From IMG/VR virus record IMGVR_UViG_2861084961_000001: 64,000 nt of DNA, one strand, 5' to 3'. The stretch comes from a virus (lineage: Duplodnaviria; Heunggongvirae; Uroviricota; Caudoviricetes). Position 1 is the first letter of the stretch; each line of letters begins with the position of its first letter. This document shows positions 52,870 through 60,612 of the stretch, piece after piece. A program made the position numbers and the translations under genes. Below the pieces are notes generated by a model that had not been told where the DNA came from, did no database searches, and saw only the letters and a list, made by a program, of their open reading frames with translations.

Positions 52870-53660
52870 TTGTTTATACAAACAAGAAAACAACTGAATA
52901 ACAGATCAACGAAACGTCAACGCTTTCACCCGATTTGGTCTAAAAAATTGACGTTTTCACACATCACTTCTTATACCCGCAATCCTACGCAGCAGACAGC
53001 GCCACAGCGTCCAATTTTCACCACAGACGACCCAACACACCACCAACAAAAACACACGCTCAAAATCGCTCTCGTTGCGTTACATAACCATATAAACAAC
53101 TTATTTTCAGGCATAACAAAACAACTAAATAACACATACGCAATTCCCAAAAACAACCAACCTCTTTATTGCAGGCTACCGAAAAGACCCACCTCTTCTT
53201 CCCAGGCTACCGGACAACCAACCTAACTTTCACAGGCAATCCGAAAACATTCATGCGCGCGATACCCACGACACGCCATTCCCCAAACAGCGAAGAAACA
53301 CCTGAACCACCGAAACCCCAACGAAGCCTGTAACCGCAAGGATTCTCTCAATCCCAAAAGACACGAAACATAACAATCACGGGAAACGCCATTACCCAAT
53401 ACACGAATAACTACAAAAGCCTTTCACACACTCCAGACAAACAACTCAAACACAATAACGAAAGGAATCGCCCACCTGCCATTACTCCATACACGGAGAA
53501 GAACAAGCACCAAAACGACGAGAACATCCCACAGAAGAACCACCGCAAAACTAACGAAACCATTTACACCGACAGAGAGAACAACACACCCAATTCACCA
53601 ACAGAATTAGTCGCCGTATAGAACGTTCTGGAAGGAGTGAGCATTAACGTCCATAGAGAG
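52870..53660. repeat. strand-asymmetric CA-rich non-coding region containing CAGGCTACCG-type direct repeats
   Basis: Plus strand almost free of G or T runs for about 800 bp; only ORF there is low-complexity; repeats near 53170, 53200, 53235. Confidence 0.45.
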
Positions 53661-53779
53661 GTTGAGACAGATAAAACACGAAGAAAACACAACATGTATA
53701 GCGAAGAAGCCAGGTATGTATAAGTGGGGAGGGAAGGAGGGGTGTCGCCTCCTTTTTCGTATTTATTCAACTCCTGATT

Positions 53780-53960
53780 TTATCCCCCGTAACACCCCTA
53801 CGGTCAGCCTTCGGTCCATACAGGGAAAGGCTGCATCCCGCTACAGAAACGGCTGGGTTGCCTTTGGGGAACGGCTGGAGGTTTTCAGGGAAACGGTCGA
53901 GTTGCCTTTGTGGATTTCGGGAAAAGGCTCGATGCCGGTTCAGGAACGGCGGCGTACCGG
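53780..53960. repeat. array of about six GGGAAACGGCT-like direct repeats spaced 22-30 bp
   Basis: CAGGGAAAGGCTG, CAGAAACGGCTGG, GGGAACGGCTGG, GGGAAACGGTCG, GGGAAAAGGCTCG, CAGGAACGGCGG. Confidence 0.45.
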
Positions 53961-54286
53961 TATAGCGAGAGGGAGAGTTGCGGCTACCCACCTGTAATGT
54001 GCGGGAAGAAGAGAGGCGCTCACGTGCAGGCGGACTTGCTTACCGCTGGATTCCCTCTGAATGCCCAGCTACAGCGTAATTGTGCCAGACAGCCAACGGG
54101 TCACGATCGATTTCAGTAGGTTTTCGGGGAGAGGATTATTCTGTCCACCAGCCACCTTCGGCCACTAAATCAGAATAATGTAAAAAGTGTACTCGGTACT
54201 GAACCTGAAAACTCACTGCCAAAACCACATTCACCGGAATAAAATCCTTTTTCGCCTGTGCGTTATTGCGATAATAACACCAACAA

Positions 54287-54301
54287 GAAAACATGTTGTT
54301 T
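54287..54301. promoter_or_regulatory. motif B palindrome (GAAAACATGTTGTTT)
   Basis: Upstream of 54314 gene. Confidence 0.4.
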
Positions 54302-54313
54302 AAGGATTGCTTT

Positions 54314-54643
54314 ATGTTTGCACATATCGACATCAACCAAATTAAGAAATTGACTCAAAAAGAGTTTGACCAGTTCTATGAGCTGGAAGGTTGGTCTTCC
54401 ACTCTGATTAATTCAAGATGGGTGCTGGAGCTGATGACTCGTGATGACGCACCTGCTTTGATGATTAGCGACCTGGGTGAAGATGCTGACTTTATGGATA
54501 TGAGCGAATTTTGTGTGGACACATACAACCGCAGCCAGAAGTACTACTTCACATGCGATAGCGAGAATGACGTGATTTCTAAGGTCTATCTTCACCTCGT
54601 CCAGCATTGGGACGTTCAGGAGTTTCTTGAGGTATTCGCGTAA
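54314..54643 (+). CDS. hypothetical protein (109 aa)
   Basis: ATG 54314 inside track ORF 54293..54643; motif-B site upstream. Confidence 0.4.
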   Translation: MFAHIDINQIKKLTQKEFDQFYELEGWSSTLINSRWVLELMTRDDAPALMISDLGEDADFMDMSEFCVDTYNRSQKYYFTCDSENDVISKVYLHLVQHWDVQEFLEVFA

Positions 54644-54769
54644 ACCAATCAAAGCCAGCATTGCTGGCTTAATTTCTCTATAGCCGCAGGGAGGAACCTG
54701 CATATCGCTCATGCACCTGATCAATATGCTTTGTAGCCGTTTTCTTACTGGTATTATTTACGCCATTGA

Positions 54770-54783
54770 GAAAACAAGTTGTT
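54770..54783. promoter_or_regulatory. motif B palindrome (AAAACAA-G-TTGTTT)
   Basis: Upstream of 54796 gene. Confidence 0.45.
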
Positions 54784-54795
54784 TACGGAGTTGTG

Positions 54796-55107
54796 ATGAA
54801 AAAATCATTGGTTCTTGGTCTGGACAAAGACCAGAAGAGAAAAGAGAAGCCTGCACTGGTTGCTCAATTAACTTTGCTGGACATCGTTGCCAATGGAACC
54901 TCTATTCGTCTGTTCCGTGAAACAGCGGTGTCTTTCGATAAAAACACCTTTACTCGTTATGTAATGAATGTTCGTCGCCAGCGTGGAAAAGGCTGGGTGG
55001 CATTTCAAAGAATGTGGCCGGAACATCAGCTCGAACTGGCTTTGATGGAAGTTAACCGCGTGGCCCAGCAAGAAATTCAGAGAGCATCAGTGATGGCAAT
55101 AGCCTGA
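54796..55107 (+). CDS. hypothetical basic protein (103 aa)
   Basis: ATG 54796 inside track ORF 54766..55107; motif-B site upstream. Confidence 0.4.
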   Translation: MKKSLVLGLDKDQKRKEKPALVAQLTLLDIVANGTSIRLFRETAVSFDKNTFTRYVMNVRRQRGKGWVAFQRMWPEHQLELALMEVNRVAQQEIQRASVMAIA

Positions 55108-55140
55108 TAATGTGCAAGTGGTAATTAGTCGACAGTACGA

Positions 55141-55171
55141 CAGCCCCGCCATCCTTACGGGGCTTTTTTGT
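55141..55171 (+). terminator. rho-independent terminator CAGCCCCG-loop-GGGGCT plus T6
   Basis: Stem plus TTTTTT. Confidence 0.6.
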
Positions 55172-55233
55172 ATTGTAAGTACATACCTACGACTATAAAA
55201 TAGAAAAATAACCAATACACTACGGAGAGTGAA

Positions 55234-55629
55234 ATGACCGTTAAACGCGAAAAACTGACAGTTGATGTTTACTATGCCTCTGAAACTGCCGAAGGTAAGA
55301 ATGTGGCAAAAATCACCGTTGTTACGTACAACACCGAAACTGGTGCCGAAGTCCAGGCCAGTACGATCGTGCGTAAAGGTGATGCCTCCGGCGGCGAGTA
55401 CGCGACTCAATACCAGTCCATTCTCGATGCAACTGACCCACTGCTGCTGAAAATCGAGAACTACTTCCGCCAGGTTGATGAAGAGGTGTTTGAAACCATG
55501 ATGAGTATGGTTAATTCCGTATTCACCTCCAGCCTGAACACTAGCACCACCTGGATTGGCCAGTACGGTCTGCGCATTACCTCCGGCATTCCTGCTGACA
55601 CCTTAATCCCTGAAAGCGTATTCGCTTAA
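55234..55629 (+). CDS. hypothetical protein (131 aa)
   Basis: ORF track; RBS GGAGAG. Confidence 0.45.
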   Translation: MTVKREKLTVDVYYASETAEGKNVAKITVVTYNTETGAEVQASTIVRKGDASGGEYATQYQSILDATDPLLLKIENYFRQVDEEVFETMMSMVNSVFTSSLNTSTTWIGQYGLRITSGIPADTLIPESVFA

Positions 55630-55638
55630 TCCTCTTTA

Positions 55639-55664
55639 AATGGCGCGTAAACCGCGCCATTTTC
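55639..55664 (+). terminator. rho-independent terminator AATGGCGCG-TAAAC-CGCGCCATT plus TTC
   Basis: Perfect 9-bp stem. Confidence 0.55.
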
Positions 55665-55673
55665 TTATGCCCG

Positions 55674-55690
55674 ATAACAATTTGTTTTCT
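55674..55690. promoter_or_regulatory. motif B palindrome (AACAA-T-TTGTT)
   Basis: Upstream of 55747 gene. Confidence 0.4.
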
Positions 55691-55746
55691 GCCTTATCTG
55701 ATTTGTGAAAATGATTTCACTGAAGCAACTTAATAAGGAAACCATC

Positions 55747-56121
55747 ATGGGACTTGATATCTATATCGAGACGCAGCCTAAAAACGATCTGAATAACGAG
55801 GCATCCAGAAAGCGGGTTGCTTACTTCCGTAAGTTCAATGCGCTCGTTGGGTGGATGGAGCGCAACGTAGGTGAAGTCGAAAATTGTGAGCTTTTAGAAT
55901 TAACGATGAATGACATTTGTTTTCTGAAGGCTCATTTGATGCACATAAATGAAAGTAATTGCGAAGAGTACTTGCCTACCCGGGAAGGTTTTTTCTTCGG
56001 CAGTCAGGAGTACGATGAAGGTTACTGGCATGACGTGGATAAGCTGAAAAAACTTGTGGAAGACCTGATCATGAACCACGACTTTCACAATAACAGACTG
56101 ACCTTCTGCGCCTGGTGGTAA
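55747..56121 (+). CDS. hypothetical protein (124 aa)
   Basis: ATG 55747 inside track ORF 55705..56121. Confidence 0.4.
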   Translation: MGLDIYIETQPKNDLNNEASRKRVAYFRKFNALVGWMERNVGEVENCELLELTMNDICFLKAHLMHINESNCEEYLPTREGFFFGSQEYDEGYWHDVDKLKKLVEDLIMNHDFHNNRLTFCAWW

Positions 56122-56124
56122 ATA

Positions 56125-56268
56125 TGGGCGATTTCAAGAAACGCCTGAAGGAAAGAGCCGAGATGGTCAGAAAGCGAAACGCCTATTCTGTCATCAGATA
56201 CGCAAGGCAGTTTAGTCGCAACAACAAATCAGTTGAGGAAAAGATCCTTAGCGTAATCGGGCGATAAT
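56125..56268 (+). CDS. small basic ORF (47 aa)
   Basis: Read from sequence; followed by hairpin AAGACCACC-AGCAT-TGGTGGTCTT at 56273-56296. Confidence 0.25.
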
Positions 56269-56436
56269 TATTAAGACCACCAGCATTGGTGGTCTTAAAT
56301 GACCATCCTGTTTCCCGCAGGCTAAAAACACCAACCTCTTACCTCCAGGCAACCGACAAACCCACCTGTTCCCGTCAGGCTACCGCAACTTTCCACTTTG
56401 ACGCCTTATTCGTACAACGATAATTAACGCCAACAA

Positions 56437-56451
56437 GAAAACAATTTGTTA
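56437..56451. promoter_or_regulatory. motif B palindrome (GAAAACAATTTGTTA)
   Basis: Upstream of 56472 gene. Confidence 0.4.
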
Positions 56452-56471
56452 TTTACGATAAGGAATTAATC

Positions 56472-56954
56472 ATGAATTTTATCGCTACTGTAAACGCACC
56501 CGCACATGGCAATATCGCTGTAACGTTCTCTGACATTGAAAAACGAGTACTTGGTGCCTGGCGTCACAATGAGACGGTAGAACTGTCAGCACAAGAAAAA
56601 TGCATTATTGCACGCGACATCATTGGCAATCGTCGTTACTCGCGGGTATTTGAGAAAGCGTATGTGGTAAATTCTGGATTCGGAACGTTCGTCTTTCCGG
56701 TGCGCTCCGGGCGATTCTGCCAGTCCAAGCTGATTGAGTTCGCTACGCAGATTTCTGTCTGGATTAAAACTCAATCGTCGTTCAAATTTTCCGACGATGA
56801 AGCAGTATCGCAGGGGATGCGGATCGCCAACAATGCAATTAAATGCAAAAACATTACGTATACCGCTGGCGTTGATACATGGAAACTGTTTTGCGCTAAC
56901 TTTATGCTGAATGTATACGCAAGCAACCGCATCCACATCCTTGATGGCGTGTAA
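56472..56954 (+). CDS. hypothetical protein (160 aa)
   Basis: ORF track; motif-B site upstream; followed by hairpin AGGGCC-AGAAAC-GGCCCT. Confidence 0.45.
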   Translation: MNFIATVNAPAHGNIAVTFSDIEKRVLGAWRHNETVELSAQEKCIIARDIIGNRRYSRVFEKAYVVNSGFGTFVFPVRSGRFCQSKLIEFATQISVWIKTQSSFKFSDDEAVSQGMRIANNAIKCKNITYTAGVDTWKLFCANFMLNVYASNRIHILDGV

Positions 56955-57570
56955 CTGAGAAGAGGGCCAGAAACGGCCCTTTCTCTATAGCCACCAGCTG
57001 CCGCAGGGAAATTTTCAGAAACGGCGAGGAACGTATTCATGAGCCGACGGGAAACGGCCAGGATTTTTTTCGGGAAACGGCTGTATTCGCCTTTATGTAG
57101 AAAAACATCGGGAAGCTGGTGGAATCCAACCAGCGGTTGTCGGACAGGTGAGCGGGGAAAATTATAATGACTTTCGTCGCCTGAGACATCCAGATTTCTT
57201 TCGTAGCATAATCACATACGTGATTAAGTGGTGTGATTATGTGAAAAATCACGCGCACATAATACGCGATCGGACACAGAACAAAACAAAATGCCGATCC
57301 GCACCGACAAATACACGCTGATCACATAGCAAGACTAAAAGCCAATGATTAACCATACTCTATAGCGCAATATAACGCGCTTTAAGCGCGTTAATGTGTT
57401 AAGTAATGGGTATGTACTGGCGAGGATATAAAAGCGCGACTATGGCGTTATTTTGGCGCTTATTTTTATGTTGTTGGAGTGAGTTAAAGACAATAAATAA
57501 CGCGCCAATGATGGCGCGTTATGGTGGGAGTATTGGAAACGAAAAAAGCGCCCATAGTGGGCGCTCGATT

Positions 57571-57798
57571 TTATTTATGTAAACTGATTTCAAATCCCAT
57601 TTCTACGAACGCTTTTAACATTAAAAATATATCAGCGTCGTTCACGTCTGCTTTTTTTCGCTCCTGGTCGCTCAATAAGTCAATTTTGCGCGTCGTTTCA
57701 TCTATAAGCTCAACAGATCCAGCGTAACCAGCGATCCCAGCAATATCATTAACACAATATTCATTGTGGACGTTAACGCCAGCGATAAGAACAAACAT
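57571..57798 (-). CDS. hypothetical protein (75 aa)
   Basis: ORF track; followed on minus strand by hairpin AGCGCCCA-TAG-TGGGCGCT and T-run. Confidence 0.35.
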   Translation of the reverse strand: MFVLIAGVNVHNEYCVNDIAGIAGYAGSVELIDETTRKIDLLSDQERKKADVNDADIFLMLKAFVEMGFEISLHK

Positions 57799-57819
57799 GA
57801 TTAAGCTCCTTAAAAAAAA

Positions 57820-58023
57820 TTAAATAGAATTTTGAAGTTTTCCGATTAATGCGCTTAAGCGTAAGTATTCACGTTTGCGCTTGCAATCTCGCTTGCTGTT
57901 AAGCAAATCAGAAAACGTAAAATTTAATTGGTCGCGTTGCGCGATCAAATCATCGATTAATTCCAGTTTGTAAGCGCGATACTTTGCGCGATATTCCGCG
58001 CGGATCTTGTCATAGCTGACCAT
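57820..58023 (-). CDS. hypothetical protein (67 aa)
   Basis: ORF track; strong AAGGAG RBS. Confidence 0.35.
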   Translation of the reverse strand: MVSYDKIRAEYRAKYRAYKLELIDDLIAQRDQLNFTFSDLLNSKRDCKRKREYLRLSALIGKLQNSI

Positions 58024-58070
58024 TTTAAAGCTCCTTTAAAGCGCCCATAGTGGGCGCTTGATTCCATTAA

Positions 58071-58720
58071 TTACGCTTTGAAAGCATCAGCTAGATAATT
58101 GTAGAAATCATTCTTGATAAAGCGATATTGCTGCGTACCAGCTTTGGCGCTTCCCATTCCTTTGACTTTCTCAACAAGTCCAAGACGTTCGCAAAGATTG
58201 ATCAACTGGTTGGCTTGAGTATAGCCAGCGTCCAATTTAATTTCGCACGCTTTTTTAGCTTCATTCATCAAATCGAAAACAGCGCCATTAGTGAACGTGT
58301 CGATCTCGTCGTTAATCATATCGATTAAAGCGAATACACGAGATCCAGACATATCAGCGACGGAATAAACACATTTACCAGCTTTAATGGATTTAACCAG
58401 ATAAACCAGTTTTCCAGTGAATAACTATTAGTCATAGCATCACGGAAAAATACTTCTGGCGCTTGTTTGCTTGCTTTAATCGCATAGTAGAAAACAGAGC
58501 ATAATTTTTCGTCTTCTACAGCGTTTACAACGTTGTTGATGAAGTAAGCAAGTTTAGTGGTCGCAGCTTGCATATTTGCTTTGTCTGCTTTAGTGTGCGT
58601 ACCATTTTTATAATGTTCGTTATATGTTTGAGTTGCCAGATCTGCTTTTTCGCGCAGCTCGTCGGATACAATAGATGCAGCTTCAATGATGGACTTTTTA
58701 GAAATGATAATGTTAGCCAT
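58071..58720 (-). CDS. hypothetical protein (ORFs 58325..58720 and 58071..58352, probably one gene)
   Basis: ORF track; overlapping frames. Confidence 0.35.
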
Positions 58721-59001
58721 GATAATTTTTCCTTATGTAAATTTAAAATTTATTGTCGTTAGCGTCTTCGCTTTCGACGAGTTCAATTATCGATATGCGA
58801 AAAAAGATTGCAAGTATTTTTTTTAAATTTTTTGCAGGGATGAAAGTCCTAGAAATAAAAGCGAGATCGTCGAAGGTGTTCCCTAAATAAATAATCGATT
58901 CCGGCTTTCGACCTTATATATTTAGGTTGTTTGATTTATAGATATAAAGAAGTGATGTGAAAAATAATAACCGGACTTAGCCGGTTATTAACCTTATAGA
59001 T

Positions 59002-59310
59002 TTATTGAACAGACTCTACAGCCTTACGATTGGTGTCAAATAGCGCATCAACGAACTGTGCCGATGACTCGCTAGATTCGCAATCCAACATTGCCCGTTC
59101 TTCATTTGCCACTTTCTTACACAGTTCCACATTCTCACCTATCGCTTTTCCTGCTTTTACGGCTGCCGAAAATTGATACATGCAAACTGATACATTCTGA
59201 GATGTTGAGCACACGTCATTCATCAGCGACTGAATGACAGGCTTATAGTCCATTGCATTTGCTGCAACTGAGCAAAGTAAAAAAAATGGTGGTAACAATA
59301 TCGATTTCAT
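59002..59310 (-). CDS. secreted Cys-containing small protein with signal peptide
   Basis: MKSILLPPFFLLCSVAANA signal-like N-terminus. Confidence 0.4.
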   Translation of the reverse strand: MKSILLPPFFLLCSVAANAMDYKPVIQSLMNDVCSTSQNVSVCMYQFSAAVKAGKAIGENVELCKKVANEERAMLDCESSESSAQFVDALFDTNRKAVESVQ

Positions 59311-59353
59311 AACTCAAAAAGGCAAAATTCGCTCAACCCAATCGAACAAATAA

Positions 59354-59836
59354 CTATTTTTCTACCGTTCTCGACACGTAGTGTAACCTGACAAGCATCT
59401 GCGCCTGCTGACACCCCTCAATTTCACGGCCATCCGCCATGTACACTCTTATAGATTTGTTTGCTTTATAGGCTTGGTTGCAAATAGCAAAAAAATCGCG
59501 GCGTGATGGCCGATTATCGACATAATCAGGATGAACTGTTAATCGACCTTTGAAATCGTGAGCGATACTGTCAACCACACCTGATTCAATTGTACTAATG
59601 CGTTCAAGTGGGAGCCTTATACGATTTTCTTTGTCAAAAGGGGCTGGGCAAAGGTCAACTTTGTTACGAGATGGCATGAGGCCATAAACGTACATGCAAA
59701 ACGCCTGGCCATCTTCCAGAGTGGCCCTTACAGGAATTTGTTCTCTGCGCCAGAACATCAGTAGTTTTTCAACGTTAGTGTAATCTCGCGGCCAGAGTTC
59801 AGCTTGGATACCGTAGGTAATATCTTTGGTTGTCAT
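59354..59836 (-). CDS. hypothetical protein (160 aa)
   Basis: Internal ATG 59836 directly after the upstream stop inside track ORF 59354..59914. Confidence 0.4.
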   Translation of the reverse strand: MTTKDITYGIQAELWPRDYTNVEKLLMFWRREQIPVRATLEDGQAFCMYVYGLMPSRNKVDLCPAPFDKENRIRLPLERISTIESGVVDSIAHDFKGRLTVHPDYVDNRPSRRDFFAICNQAYKANKSIRVYMADGREIEGCQQAQMLVRLHYVSRTVEK

Positions 59837-59840
59837 GTCA

Positions 59841-60305
59841 TCACAGAGTTGTTGGCAGAATGTCGATGTCGCCAGAATTGCTGGTGAACACCCTGAACGC
59901 TTTTGTGTCTCCATTCTTCAGAGTCGTTTCTCGCTCTTGACGAGCGGGGTTTAGAGCACATAAACCTGCACCTTCAAGAGATGCACCCACAATTAATTCT
60001 CCGGCATTTAAATGGAAAGTCGCTTTTTCGCCTGTAGCCAGTTTTGCGACAGTTTCGCCGTTGATGAAAATGGAAGCATCACATCCAGCTCCTACAAAAC
60101 CTGTGTCTCTCATTACCACCAACGTAGCTGGCGCTGCGCTTTGATACTTGAACACTTTGGCCTGCGGTGCTGGTTTGGCGTCATGGATTGATATTGGGCG
60201 TGATTGGCACGCGGTAAGCATCAACACTGGTAACGTTAGTAGAGGGAGAAGCGAGTATTTCATGATAGTTTTAGAACAGAAAGTGAACAGTATGGGAGAC
60301 TTCAT
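59841..60305 (-). CDS. lipoprotein (lipobox LTAC), Gly/Ala-rich beta-type
   Basis: MKYSLLPLLTLPVLMLTAC signal with lipobox; RBS AGGGAGA before ATG 60305. Confidence 0.5.
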   Translation of the reverse strand: MKSPILFTFCSKTIMKYSLLPLLTLPVLMLTACQSRPISIHDAKPAPQAKVFKYQSAAPATLVVMRDTGFVGAGCDASIFINGETVAKLATGEKATFHLNAGELIVGASLEGAGLCALNPARQERETTLKNGDTKAFRVFTSNSGDIDILPTTL

Positions 60306-60331
60306 CTTTGTCTCCCTAATTGATAGCGTGA

Positions 60332-60610
60332 TTATTTTAATCTGCTTAATAGCGTTTCGAGATCTTCCTTTGTCATATTAGAGTTCTCATAGATACGCAT
60401 GATTTTCTCACGAGTCTTAGCGGAAGCCCCGACAGAAGATATAACCTTGTCAAAGTCGGCCATTGTCAATTGTTCCAGAATGGTATTTATGACTTCAGCC
60501 TTAGACATTTTGATATTTTTTTCTTTTAGTTTCACTTGAAACTTTCCAAGTTTGTCATTGGCCTTATCAGACAATGCTACCTGACAGTAAGTTGTTTTCT
60601 TTTCACTCAT
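60332..60610 (-). CDS. hypothetical protein (92 aa)
   Basis: ORF track. Confidence 0.4.
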   Translation of the reverse strand: MSEKKTTYCQVALSDKANDKLGKFQVKLKEKNIKMSKAEVINTILEQLTMADFDKVISSVGASAKTREKIMRIYENSNMTKEDLETLLSRLK

Positions 60611-60612
60611 AA

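Noticed and set aside
52870-53226. ORF 52870..53226 (118 aa)
   Set aside because: Lies in the CA-rich skewed region and encodes a low-complexity Thr/Pro/Gln/His-rich product with no start context.
53662-53997. ORFs 53662..53997 (plus) and 53767..53991 (minus)
   Set aside because: Both overlap the GGGAAACGGC repeat array and have repeat-driven composition.
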